DNA of 62,919 nucleotides from the IMG/VR virus record IMGVR_UViG_2162886008_000001, positions 1 through 62,919 of that record; one strand, 5' to 3'. A model generated the notes under the pieces. It was not told the DNA's origin. It ran no database searches and saw only the letters and a program-made list of their open reading frames with translations. Positions 1 to 8,659 of this stretch are shown here, piece after piece. This DNA is from a virus. Lineage: Duplodnaviria > Caudoviricetes. Within the stretch, counting starts at the first letter, position 1; the number at the start of each line of letters is the position of its first letter. Position numbers and translations under genes: made by a program.

Positions 1-1
1 G

Positions 2-67
2 TTGATCATATCATTCCACAAAAAGAAATATACCGCCCCGACGAAGGATAACGGTCTAATCATGTAG
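2..67 (+). CDS. 3' end of a probable holin-like type I toxin (partial; apparently extended by stop loss)
   Basis: Frame reads LIISFHKKK-YTAPTKDNGLIM*; hydrophobic segment plus KKK end, overlapped by a convergent antisense hairpin. Confidence 0.5.
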   Translation: MIISFHKKKYTAPTKDNGLIM

Positions 68-140
68 TCCAGAGTTCTAAGCCAGCCGCCCTAAAAGCGG
101 ACTGTTGTAGAGAGTGAGGATGTTCCAGCATCCTTGCTCT
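18..140 (-). ncRNA. Putative antisense antitoxin RNA
   Basis: Minus-strand TATAAT at 151-146, internal hairpins (AGGATG..CATCCT), terminal TAGACCG..CGGTATA stem followed by a U-run. Confidence 0.5.
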
Positions 141-262
141 TTTCAATTATATACGATTCTAAATGATTTTATACTACGTTATAAGATATTATACCATAAT
201 AAATTAGGATTGTTAATCAGTAAGGAATTACGTAATATATAAAAACAGGACTCCCATATAAA

Positions 263-466
263 CTAGGAGTCCTTACTCATTGTCTCAATAATCTTTTCAA
301 CTTTATCTTTCAGTTCAGGTCGATTACTTGCATACTCCATAAATGCTTCTTCCAATAATGTACGCTGATCCGTATCCGTAACAAATGACCATGTTCTAAG
401 TTGTGTAACGAATTCCTCACTAAATCTAAAGGATAAAGGCTTCTTAGTTGTTAGTTTAATCATCAT
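263..466 (-). CDS. Small DNA-binding protein, probably ribbon-helix-helix
   Basis: KKPLSFRFSEE beta-ribbon followed by two predicted helices; GGAGG RBS. Confidence 0.6.
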   Translation of the reverse strand: MMIKLTTKKPLSFRFSEEFVTQLRTWSFVTDTDQRTLLEEAFMEYASNRPELKDKVEKIIETMSKDS

Positions 467-558
467 GTTATTACCTCCTGTTTTGATGAGCTTTGGTTTA
501 GAGCAACCAATGACAACATAAGAGCAGCTAAGGATATCATTAGGGTAAGTGTATTCAT
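463..558 (-). CDS. 31-aa hydrophobic peptide MNTLTLMISLAALMLSLVALNQSSSKQEVIT (not in ORF track)
   Basis: Manual translation; AAGGAG RBS; stop overlaps the RHH start (ATGA). Confidence 0.55.
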   Translation of the reverse strand: MNTLTLMISLAALMLSLVALNQSSSKQEVIT

Positions 559-792
559 ATTAATGCATTCTCCTTTTCTGTTTATTTGTGCGAATTATAT
601 GAAAGATAAATCCTGTAATACTAATAATTGCTGAGAGTGTTACGAATATGATATTTAAAGTGTTTTTCTCCATTGTGATACCTATAATAAGTGAGTTTAT
701 AAATAGTAAAGCGAAAAGAAATTTAGACATTGCAATCCCTCCAGCAGATTTTTTGATGGACGTTGCATATAGTCAACGATTATGGTATATAA

Positions 793-882
793 TGTGTAAG
801 GGATTAGAGGAGTCTTTCGACTCCCCTAGTTGAAGGTTAACGCTGGTGTATATCCTTTCGCCGAGGATATACACCTTTTTCT
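793..882 (+). ncRNA. Putative antisense antitoxin RNA to 837..1031
   Basis: TTGCAT-17bp-TATATA/TATAAT promoter, GGAGTC-TTTC-GACTCC hairpin, terminator GGTGTATATCC..GGATATACACC-TTTTT overlapping the toxin 3' end. Confidence 0.6.
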
Positions 883-1031
883 TGTTGTATGGTTTCTCGC
901 TGTATGCGTTCCGCCTTTTCCTTTCTAACCTCTCGTATATCACGCCTTATTGTATAAACTAAGTTGGTGACACCGAGTAGTAAGGTTGAAAGGACACTGA
1001 TTAAGGGAAGGTACTCCTTGAGTAAGTCCAA
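837..1031 (-). CDS. Type I toxin-like peptide (N-terminal TM helix, basic C-terminus)
   Basis: YLPLISVLSTLLLGVTNLVYTI followed by an R/K-rich tail; GGAGGTG RBS; convergent antisense unit. Confidence 0.65.
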   Translation of the reverse strand: MDLLKEYLPLISVLSTLLLGVTNLVYTIRRDIREVRKEKAERIQRETIQQEKGVYPRRKDIHQR

Positions 1032-1256
1032 GTTTTCACCTCCAATCCCTTACATGAATATTATACCATTTTCGCGTATTGTAGTCGATACAAAACAAGC
1101 GAAAAATAGGGATTCCTTAGATTTTAGAAGATGGATAGACTGTAGTCGCGCAGCACTTACAAACCTGTACACTACTGTATAGGCTTTATGTTATGCCTAC
1201 ATATATACATAAACAAAGAAGCCCTGTTACAAGGCTTCGTCATTCATAAATAGCTA

Positions 1257-1475
1257 TTACCTATCTCTCTGCTTCGGGTTATCCTGGTCACGTAATAGCA
1301 GCCATGTTTTACCTCTCTTACGTGCCGCTAGTTGACCTGAGGAACAAAGCCGTTTGATGTGGTCTTGGCTTAAACTCCAAAGCTCTGATGCTTCTTCTGT
1401 GGTCATAAGCTCTAATAATATGTCATCCAACCTTGCATAGAGAATATTTATGTCTTCATGTTTGTTATTGTTCAT
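1257..1475 (-). CDS. HTH_17/MerR-like DNA-binding protein (paralog of 2134..2343)
   Basis: LMTTEEASELWSLSQDHIKRLCSSG..ARKRGKTWLL; AAGGAG RBS. Confidence 0.8.
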   Translation of the reverse strand: MNNNKHEDINILYARLDDILLELMTTEEASELWSLSQDHIKRLCSSGQLAARKRGKTWLLLRDQDNPKQRDR

Positions 1476-1490
1476 GTTTCACACTCCTTG

Positions 1491-1655
1491 CTACTTTCGA
1501 TGTTTTGGTGAGAAGCGAAACAGCCCTGCTATGCTTATGATAAGTGTTAGAGCCATTAAGATAACAATAATTGGATTTATCTGGATGGAGAATGCTAGCA
1601 ATACAACTGTAATAATCAACAGCAGAAAAACTAATTGGGTTAGATTAATTTTCAA
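1491..1655 (-). CDS. 54-aa two-TM membrane peptide (not in ORF track)
   Basis: TTG start after AAAGGAG; MKINLTQLVFLLLIITVVLLAFSIQINPIIVILMALTLIISIAGLFRFSPKHRK. Confidence 0.65.
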   Translation of the reverse strand: MKINLTQLVFLLLIITVVLLAFSIQINPIIVILMALTLIISIAGLFRFSPKHRK

Positions 1656-1740
1656 GTATTATTCTCCTTTCTTAGTGAGATGTAATATGAAAAGTAACCC
1701 TTATTTGTTTTTTATTCCTATTACCATTGTAACATGAAGT

Positions 1741-1750
1741 CCGTTATCGG
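1741..1750. promoter_or_regulatory. CCG-N4-CGG operator-like box (copies at 2081-2090 and 2857-2866)
   Basis: CCGTTATCGG, CCGTTAACGG and CCGCTTACGG each lie just upstream of a minus-strand -10-like element. Confidence 0.45.
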
Positions 1751-1822
1751 GCAAGTTTAAATATAGCGAAATATAAATAATTGACGTTGGATTTAGACAA
1801 CTGTCTTGTGATATAATACATA

Positions 1823-1925
1823 GTGAACGGGGATAAGAGGAATCCTGTGGATTCCCCTTACATGTTCTTGCTTAACGGCTCATTCTGGTTCTTCTTGGCG
1901 GGAGACTTGATGAGTCGTTTTGTTG
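1823..1925 (+). ncRNA. Putative antisense antitoxin RNA to 1872..2042
   Basis: Extended -10 TGATATAAT at 1809-1817; GGGATAAGAGGAATC..GATTCCCCT hairpin similar to the 793-882 RNA; AACGGCTCAT..ATGAGTCGTT stem then T-run. Confidence 0.55.
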
Positions 1926-2042
1926 TGCCTTCATTTGTCCCTCTCGTTCCTTTCTTCTTGCTCTGCGTTCGTTAGTGATGAAAGTTGTCAGCGAGAGCAG
2001 GAAGGACAGCGAAGGGATAATGTATGAAATAATTTCTTTCAT
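1872..2042 (-). CDS. 56-aa type I toxin-like peptide (not in ORF track)
   Basis: MKEIISYIIPSLSFLLSLTTFITNERRARRKEREGQMKAQQNDSSSLPPRRTRMSR; AAAGGAG RBS; TATAAT at 2074-2069. Confidence 0.65.
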   Translation of the reverse strand: MKEIISYIIPSLSFLLSLTTFITNERRARRKEREGQMKAQQNDSSSLPPRRTRMSR

Positions 2043-2133
2043 GTTTTTCAGCTCCTTTCTATATTCTTATTATAACATGTCCGTTAACGGATGTAAATAT
2101 CTATTTTTATTTATATAAAAGGCAGAGGCTATA

Positions 2134-2343
2134 TTATCTCTGCCTTTGTTTTGGATTATCTTGGTCGCGCAAGATTAGCCATGTGTTGCCTTTCTTAGCT
2201 GCTGTAATAGCTCCAGAGGCACATAATGCTTTAATACGATCAGCAGACAGATCCCAGATCAATGAAGCCTCTTCTGTGGTCATGAGTTGTGACATGAGGG
2301 AATCGAGCTTAGATTGTAAGAATTGGTTATGGTTAGTGTTCAT
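2134..2343 (-). CDS. HTH_17/MerR-like DNA-binding protein (paralog of 1257..1475)
   Basis: Shares LMTTEEAS..W.LS.D.IK.LC.SG and TWL.LRDQDNPKQR with 1257..1475. Confidence 0.8.
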   Translation of the reverse strand: MNTNHNQFLQSKLDSLMSQLMTTEEASLIWDLSADRIKALCASGAITAAKKGNTWLILRDQDNPKQRQR

Positions 2344-2348
2344 GGATA

Positions 2349-2513
2349 TTACTCCTTATAAGTTAGTCGTAAGATACCCGTTACAAGTGCATACAGTACA
2401 ACAAAGGCAACAAATGTTAAGTAAGCTGGATTGGATTTTACGATGAACATCAATGGAACAAGGATGATAAACAAAGATAATCGCAATACACCTTCGCGTT
2501 TTGAACTGGACAT
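2349..2513 (-). CDS. 54-aa two-TM membrane peptide (not in ORF track)
   Basis: MSSSKREGVLRLSLFIILVPLMFIVKSNPAYLTFVAFVVLYALVTGILRLTYKE; GAGGAG RBS; TATAAT at 2557-2552. Confidence 0.65.
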   Translation of the reverse strand: MSSSKREGVLRLSLFIILVPLMFIVKSNPAYLTFVAFVVLYALVTGILRLTYKE

Positions 2514-2573
2514 TTTATTTCGCTCCTCTCTAATATCGTTCGTTTAGATGGATTATACCTAGTGTGATCATAA

Positions 2574-2602
2574 TTGACAATCAGTAACTATGGAGGTAAG
2601 AT
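2574..2602 (+). promoter_or_regulatory. SigA-type promoter for a third antisense RNA (to 2667..2816)
   Basis: TTGACA-17bp-TAAGAT, followed by a GGAACGG..CCGTTCC hairpin. Confidence 0.55.
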
Positions 2603-2666
2603 GTAAGGGAAAAGGTGGAACGGTGTTGTTTCCGTTCCTTCATGGTTATCAGGTCTTCAGAGAGGC

Positions 2667-2816
2667 CTAGTGTTTGCGTCTTGGACTTTTGCGAGAAGTC
2701 TTAGACGCTTTTTCTTTGCTCTCTTGCTTTTTAGTTTTAGCGTCGAGTATGTCTTTGATGATTAAGCGTATGAATGTAAGAGCGCTTATTATGACTGCTG
2801 TCTTTTGCCAATCCAT
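2667..2816 (-). CDS. 49-aa type I toxin-like peptide (not in ORF track)
   Basis: MDWQKTAVIISALTFIRLIIKDILDAKTKKQESKEKASKTSRKSPRRKH; GAAGGTGA RBS. Confidence 0.65.
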   Translation of the reverse strand: MDWQKTAVIISALTFIRLIIKDILDAKTKKQESKEKASKTSRKSPRRKH

Positions 2817-3396
2817 GCCCTCACCTTCTCTCCCTTACAAGATTACTATTACATAACCGCTTACGGCTGTTAAGTATTTTCTGGTATTTTTATTTTTGCT
2901 TATATAATTAATGAGTGACGCGAATACGTGAATATGGAAATATGATATTACGCAAATAAGTCATTTGATGACGTATTTGCGTTATAGTTCGATATTGCAA
3001 GAATGCACGTTTCATAGGAAGGTAGGTGTAAGTTTGAAAATTGGGAGTCACAGCTCTTTTCTTGAGCATGATTTACTCAGTTTGTCAACTATTAATATAG
3101 TCTTAACTTGGGTCTAATAATACTTATAATCAAGTTAAGGGGGGGATATTTTACATAAAAAATTGCCTTTTATTGCAAAATACAACCCCTAGCACTTCAT
3201 CTCCCACACTTAACTTAAATTTCCCATTATTGATTCAATAATAATTGATTCATAAAAATCTCCATGTTCATCGTTTGTGTATCGCAATTGGTATCGTTGG
3301 AATATCAGAAAATTATTGGAGTATCAATGTTTTTCGTCACTTTATATATTTAATATTTCTATTATTTCCTATATAGTTATTACTAAATGAACTAAT

Positions 3397-3418
3397 AAAC
3401 CTTATTTCACAAGGGTTT
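3397..3418. repeat. AAACCCTT-N7-AAGGGTTT-type palindrome (copies at 8670-8691, 46797-46819, 62371-62393; degenerate at 53498-53519)
   Basis: Four intergenic copies with conserved arms and a constant 7-nt variable spacer. Confidence 0.6.
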
Positions 3419-3669
3419 TTACGATATCGTAATTGTTTCTTCTATAATAAATTCCCGATCTATCGCCAAATAGCCTATTTTTCCTTTGTTTTTCGTCTTT
3501 GATATCAATCATCAATATAGATCAAAAGATAAAAATAATTATTTACATTTATTTTTTTAACGTGGTAATATTGTCTTATAGCAACATTTTATAAGGAGGG
3601 AAAACAGCAGATCGAGTTTCTATCATATACCAATACGGAACATAAGAAGAAAGGACGGGGGGAGGTATA

Positions 3670-3776
3670 ATGCTCTAGCAAAGTACATATATTCAAATGA
3701 AGTAGATACACCTACATATAACAAAATATTTAGAGAGCTAAATAAAAGGATTCAACTTAAAACATGCACGAAATAA
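3670..3776 (+). pseudogene. Small ORF frameshifted just after the start
   Basis: Strong GGGGGAGG RBS then ATG CTC TAG; a shifted frame reads LAKYIYSNEVDTPTYNKIFRELNKRIQLKTCTK*. Confidence 0.3.
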
Positions 3777-3971
3777 ATTCTCACCAGAAGAATCACAATT
3801 CTATACTTAGGAAATTAATGTTACATCAATCAACAGAGCAAAAAGAGCATAAGCCACTGAAAAAACAAAGAGTAAATCAATCATTTCATAAAAGTTCACC
3901 TATGATCAATTACCTTCAATCAATAAGCCTTTGTATGGTTCATTGATTAATTAAAGGAAAGGAACTTACGA

Positions 3972-4628
3972 TTGAGCAATCAAACCGTCATTTTATTAAA
4001 TAGTACAATAAGAGATCCCAATCTAAATCATAACGACTTTGCAATGATATTGTATTTAAAGCATATGGTATGGAGAGCTAAATTAAAGTATAAGTTTGAA
4101 GTCGTGCTATCTGATATGAAGAATTATGTTCAAATCATGGACAATAAGACATTGAAAAAATCTTTCAATAATTTATATGCCTTCAACTATCTACTATCAG
4201 AAATTAGCGAATTAAAGCCCAATTCCCCAAGCATATTCATACTCAATAAATCAATGTTTGATACTGAGAATAGAAAAGAGGGAGAGTATTATACGGCCTT
4301 ACCAGTTAATGTATTGAACGCAATACGAGATAGGAAAATAGATAGAAAAGAAGCCAGAATACTTTATTACATAAAATCTTATATCAACTACACTGACTTT
4401 AAAAAAAACTATTGTTATACTGGCATAGAAAAGACGATGATTAAAGAACTAAAAATGGGGAAGAATACGATTCCTTCTTATACTGAGTCTCTTAAGAAAA
4501 AAAAATTGATACACATTGAACGTAACTTTCTAAAAACTGATTTTCAATATACAGAAGAAGGAAAATTAATTAGATCAAAATATAATAATCATTACTATTT
4601 GAACTATGATGCGATCCAAAATCTATGA
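3972..4628 (+). CDS. Putative replication initiator (tandem winged-helix-like protein)
   Basis: Two similar halves (RDPNLNHNDFAMILYLK / RDRKIDRKEARILYYIK), C-terminal NNHY.LN motif, iterons directly downstream. Confidence 0.55.
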   Translation: MSNQTVILLNSTIRDPNLNHNDFAMILYLKHMVWRAKLKYKFEVVLSDMKNYVQIMDNKTLKKSFNNLYAFNYLLSEISELKPNSPSIFILNKSMFDTENRKEGEYYTALPVNVLNAIRDRKIDRKEARILYYIKSYINYTDFKKNYCYTGIEKTMIKELKMGKNTIPSYTESLKKKKLIHIERNFLKTDFQYTEEGKLIRSKYNNHYYLNYDAIQNL

Positions 4629-4636
4629 TAGAATTT

Positions 4637-4718
4637 CTACTCCCTATTTATCCAATGTTTGTTTCCAATTTATCCAACATCTAAATTCAATTTATCCAAC
4701 ATCTACTCCCTATTTATC
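4637..4718 (+). repeat. Four 22-bp-phased iteron-like repeats (putative origin)
   Basis: TTTATC core at 4647, 4669, 4691, 4713; CTACTCCCTATTTATC x2 and CAATTTATCCAACATCTA x2; A-rich tract near 4810-4870. Confidence 0.7.
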
Positions 4719-5091
4719 GAGGACAAACAGGGAGCTAGTTATTTATCCTTAAATCTTTATATCTTTTAAATCTTTAGATACAGTATTTATAATCGGTCTG
4801 GAGACCGCTAAATTTAAAAAAGTTCGCTTTAAAACATAAAAAGAAAAGTTCAAAAAATATAAACCTAAATCAAGAGCAACTTAAACATGAGCTATATTAT
4901 GTAGTAGTATTAACTGATTAGATGTTTCAGTTTACAAGAAGTATAGGTGGTTGTGTAGTGAATGAGGTAAATACTGGGTTTCAAATGAATAATAATAGTA
5001 ATATATTTATTGAAATTAAACATGTATTGAATCTGCAGCAATCAGTCCACGTCCTTTCTTTACTAAATCTGTACAAAAGGAGAACTAATTT

Positions 5092-7872
5092 TTGAGTAAA
5101 CAGAAATATCCCCAACGACATGTCTACAAGATCTCAAGCGCTAGACTACAAAAAGCAAAATGGGATCTTATTATTGATTTTAAGCAAGCTAAGAAAAGAG
5201 AAGAGATTGTTGATTTGGCTGATAGTACCGTGCTCAGATTTATTCGTCAAATTATAAATGAAAAATCTGATGATGAATTTCTATCCGATTTGAACAAGAT
5301 TAAGGGAAGAATTAAAGTACTAATATCACAGCAGCGAACAAAAGAAAATACTAGCGAATATCAACGATTGATAAAACAATATCATGAAAAACTGATGGTA
5401 ACTGATTATGTCCTAGTTGAAATGAAGAAAAACTCACGCAAACACAAAGACTTTGACCGTGCTAATAATGGATTTAAAATCAACGGCAAACAGTATGAAT
5501 ATCTTTTATCTACTACTGGTGGGGTAAAGAATGAGACAGTAGTTTATGTATCAAAAGAAGTACACCCCGAACTCGTCCGACGCATTGAGAATGGGCGTAA
5601 TATGGAAGTGAAATTTGTACCTGCGAAATTGTCTGCTTATCGCTCATTGGTTTGTAGTGCAAGTATTCCCGTCCCTAATCCAACAGGAATTATGGTTATC
5701 CACGATTATGAAAGAGACATTGCTGATGACGTAATCTACATCAAAGACAATCCAGACAAGGACAATCTAGAACCAGTTGTAACCGAAGATGATAACTTTC
5801 AAACGAAACTAAATATCAATGATGGTTATGGTTTCATAACATACGAGTTAGCAAAGGATTGGGCATCTTCTTTGGGATTAGACTATATTCCGAGTTCTTT
5901 TATTGTTCGAAATGCATTCTGTAAGGGCGTCTTAGCTGTGGTTGATTTTCATAGGTTTGCAAATGAGGTAGCAAAAACAAATATAGTAATTGATGCCTGG
6001 AATGTTCCGAGGGATATACATAAAGAAAAGATCCAGATTGTACTTACAACATCCATGTTGAAGTTATGGCAGTCATATGATGGAATTGAACAGTATATTG
6101 ATAACTGTATGAAGAACGGATATACCTTTAGCGTTACAAAGTACTCTCCTAAAATTCTAGAATCACAGCGCAACCTTAATTATCAGTTTATTCAGTCACT
6201 AACATTAACCAATGAAGATATTGAGGAATTAATTAAGCCAACAATTCAGATGTTAAATGATTCTAGCTGTGGAGATTGGGCAAAGACAATCTTATATTTA
6301 AAGGGTGACCATCTCACCGAAGACACCAGCACACATTATGACTTTTCAACGGCTCTTACAATTGATAGAAGGCTAATGAATGACCCACACACGAAGTATA
6401 GGGTTAAAGAAATGATTACTAAAAGGATGAATGATGCTAAAAAAGGTGATCTAGTTGTAAATGGAAACTTTCAAATGATAGTGGGTGATCCATATGCCTT
6501 GCTTGAGCATTTGTTTTCATATGGGAAAGGCTTCGAATATGTTCCGAAAGGATTACTAAAAGAGAATGAATTTTACTCGAACTACTGGAATAAAAAAGGC
6601 GTGAGTGAAGTAGTGGGATTTCGCGCACCAATGACGGTTTATAACAACATCCGTAAGATGAATCTAGTTAATTCTCAAGAAATGGAGAGATGGTATGAAC
6701 ATTTAAATAACGTATACATCGTTAATACGTTTGATTTAACCCTTGCTGCTATGAATGGAGCGGACCAAGACGGGGACACTCTGCTTACCACAGATAATCC
6801 AGTTATTAGAAAAGTATTCAATAATGATAAGGTTATTATATGTGACCAGAAAACAGCAGATAAGGAAGTTACAACAAGAGATTCATTTATTCAAGCCGAT
6901 AAAAATGGATTCGGGAATAAGATTGGGAGTATCACAAATAAGGGTACATCTCTGTATGAGATTCTTACACAATACAAAGAAGGTTCTAGAGAATATTCAG
7001 AAATTTTAAAGAGGATTCGTTGTATTCAGAAGGGTCAACAAGATGAAATCGATAAAATGAAGGGAATTAAGGCTAGAGATCTGCCCAAAGGATGGTTTGA
7101 TAAAAAGGTATGGGATATTATGGAGGGAGACGATGAATTAACTATAGACTACAAGACTAATCAAAAGAAACTGGTGGCAGATAAGAAGCCGTATTTCTTT
7201 ATATACAATTATGAATACTTAATGAACAAGTTCAAGGATTACAGAAGAAAGGCTGAGAGTCATTGCATTTTTAGATTCAACAAAAGTTTGAAAGAAGTAT
7301 TAGCAAGAAAAGATGGGGACGACGAGGAAGAGCAGTTCATACATAATTATTATTCAAATATGCCTATTTCAATGAGTAATTCTACGATGAATCGGATTTG
7401 CTGGAGGGTTGAAGAACAATTTAGTCTACCAACTAAAAAAGACAACAAGTATGACTATAATATTCTAAAGTCCAATTCAAATTATGATAAAAATACATAT
7501 GATAAATTATTAAAATTGTACGAAGAACATAATGTGGATATGCAGATGTTTAAAAAAATCAGTAGCACAGAAAATCTAGAAAAAGATGAAATTCAAGAAG
7601 CTCGAAATGCGTTTGTGGAAAAGTTTAAAGAAGAAGCACTGTCTATCTGTAATAACCTTGAGGAACTAACCAATATAGCGATCGACATTTGTTATGAAAA
7701 GTATAAATCCAGAACTAAACAATTTGTTTGGGATATTGCAGGAGAGCAAATCATCAAGAACTTACTAAAAAAGAATGATAATCTAATCCACATACCTGTT
7801 CAAGACGAAAGTGGAGCAATTGAATTTAGAGGAGAACGATTTACTATTATTACCAGAAAGGTGGAGAACTAG
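5092..7872 (+). CDS. yonO: YonO-like single-subunit two-barrel DNA-dependent RNA polymerase
   Basis: Catalytic MNGADQDGD (DxDGD), DGYG, R..FCKG, FRAP and Q..EID..K motifs; located upstream of the late genes as in SPbeta. Confidence 0.9.
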   Translation: MSKQKYPQRHVYKISSARLQKAKWDLIIDFKQAKKREEIVDLADSTVLRFIRQIINEKSDDEFLSDLNKIKGRIKVLISQQRTKENTSEYQRLIKQYHEKLMVTDYVLVEMKKNSRKHKDFDRANNGFKINGKQYEYLLSTTGGVKNETVVYVSKEVHPELVRRIENGRNMEVKFVPAKLSAYRSLVCSASIPVPNPTGIMVIHDYERDIADDVIYIKDNPDKDNLEPVVTEDDNFQTKLNINDGYGFITYELAKDWASSLGLDYIPSSFIVRNAFCKGVLAVVDFHRFANEVAKTNIVIDAWNVPRDIHKEKIQIVLTTSMLKLWQSYDGIEQYIDNCMKNGYTFSVTKYSPKILESQRNLNYQFIQSLTLTNEDIEELIKPTIQMLNDSSCGDWAKTILYLKGDHLTEDTSTHYDFSTALTIDRRLMNDPHTKYRVKEMITKRMNDAKKGDLVVNGNFQMIVGDPYALLEHLFSYGKGFEYVPKGLLKENEFYSNYWNKKGVSEVVGFRAPMTVYNNIRKMNLVNSQEMERWYEHLNNVYIVNTFDLTLAAMNGADQDGDTLLTTDNPVIRKVFNNDKVIICDQKTADKEVTTRDSFIQADKNGFGNKIGSITNKGTSLYEILTQYKEGSREYSEILKRIRCIQKGQQDEIDKMKGIKARDLPKGWFDKKVWDIMEGDDELTIDYKTNQKKLVADKKPYFFIYNYEYLMNKFKDYRRKAESHCIFRFNKSLKEVLARKDGDDEEEQFIHNYYSNMPISMSNSTMNRICWRVEEQFSLPTKKDNKYDYNILKSNSNYDKNTYDKLLKLYEEHNVDMQMFKKISSTENLEKDEIQEARNAFVEKFKEEALSICNNLEELTNIAIDICYEKYKSRTKQFVWDIAGEQIIKNLLKKNDNLIHIPVQDESGAIEFRGERFTIITRKVEN

Positions 7873-7885
7873 GTTGGAGAACATA

Positions 7886-8659
7886 ATGAATGAGAAAAAG
7901 TATGCTGAATTAATGATTTCAAACCACAAACTTCAAAGCATCAATAATTCATACAACGATATTAGAATATTATCTAAGTATTATATCGTTAATGGTATGA
8001 AGAAGAAGGACGTTAAGAAAAACGTAACCAATATCCTAAATAACAGTATCAAGAAGTTTGATTACGATGAATGGAATGATAAAATTGAATCCATAATCAA
8101 TCGGATCATTAGAGATAAGAAGAAAACTGAGAAAAAGGATAAAGAGTATGCTCTTTATGAGATTGACCAAATAGTAATGACAAAATCAGAGTTGAATAAG
8201 ATCAATAGTTTAAATGAACGAATACTCGAAACGCTAGCTTTTGTGATTTTGGTTACAGGAAAAATTAATCAGGTAAAGTTCAAAACAGAAAAGATAGGGG
8301 TTAATTGCGATAAAAAGTTATTTTCCGAAGCGGGGTTGAAATTTACGCTTAAAAACAGAAAATTAATACATAGTTTAATAAGTAAAGGATTAATTAATAT
8401 TAACGAACATCATTTATCTAGCTATGTCGAATTACTGTTTGCTGATAATGAATCAGAAACAGGAATTACTATTGAAGATTTTGAAGAAATCCCGTTGATT
8501 TATGCAAAATGGAAAGGAGAAAATATTAAAAGCTGTGAATGTGGGAGGTTATTTGAACCAAACAGCAACAGACATAAGATGTGTCCGGAATGCAAGAAAA
8601 AGAGAGAATTAGAGCAATGGAGAGGAAGCAAGCGTAAAAATAGGAATGTCCAATGTTAG
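7886..8659 (+). CDS. Hypothetical phage protein with C-terminal Zn ribbon
   Basis: CECG...CPECKK; start refined to the ATG after GGAG. Confidence 0.75.
   Translation: MNEKKYAELMISNHKLQSINNSYNDIRILSKYYIVNGMKKKDVKKNVTNILNNSIKKFDYDEWNDKIESIINRIIRDKKKTEKKDKEYALYEIDQIVMTKSELNKINSLNERILETLAFVILVTGKINQVKFKTEKIGVNCDKKLFSEAGLKFTLKNRKLIHSLISKGLININEHHLSSYVELLFADNESETGITIEDFEEIPLIYAKWKGENIKSCECGRLFEPNSNRHKMCPECKKKRELEQWRGSKRKNRNVQC

Noticed and set aside
648-2856. Plus-strand ORFs 648..833, 964..1182, 1450..1737, 2183..2446 and 2674..2856
   Set aside because: They are shadows of RBS-bearing minus-strand genes and antisense RNA regions, without convincing RBS or protein features
4637-4718. Repeats as a mini CRISPR array
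   Set aside because: The 22-bp period leaves no room for spacers and no cas genes are present; iterons fit better
5092-7872. Eukaryote-type RNA-dependent RNA polymerase
   Set aside because: The motifs are shared with that family, but the phage late-gene context matches the DNA-dependent YonO
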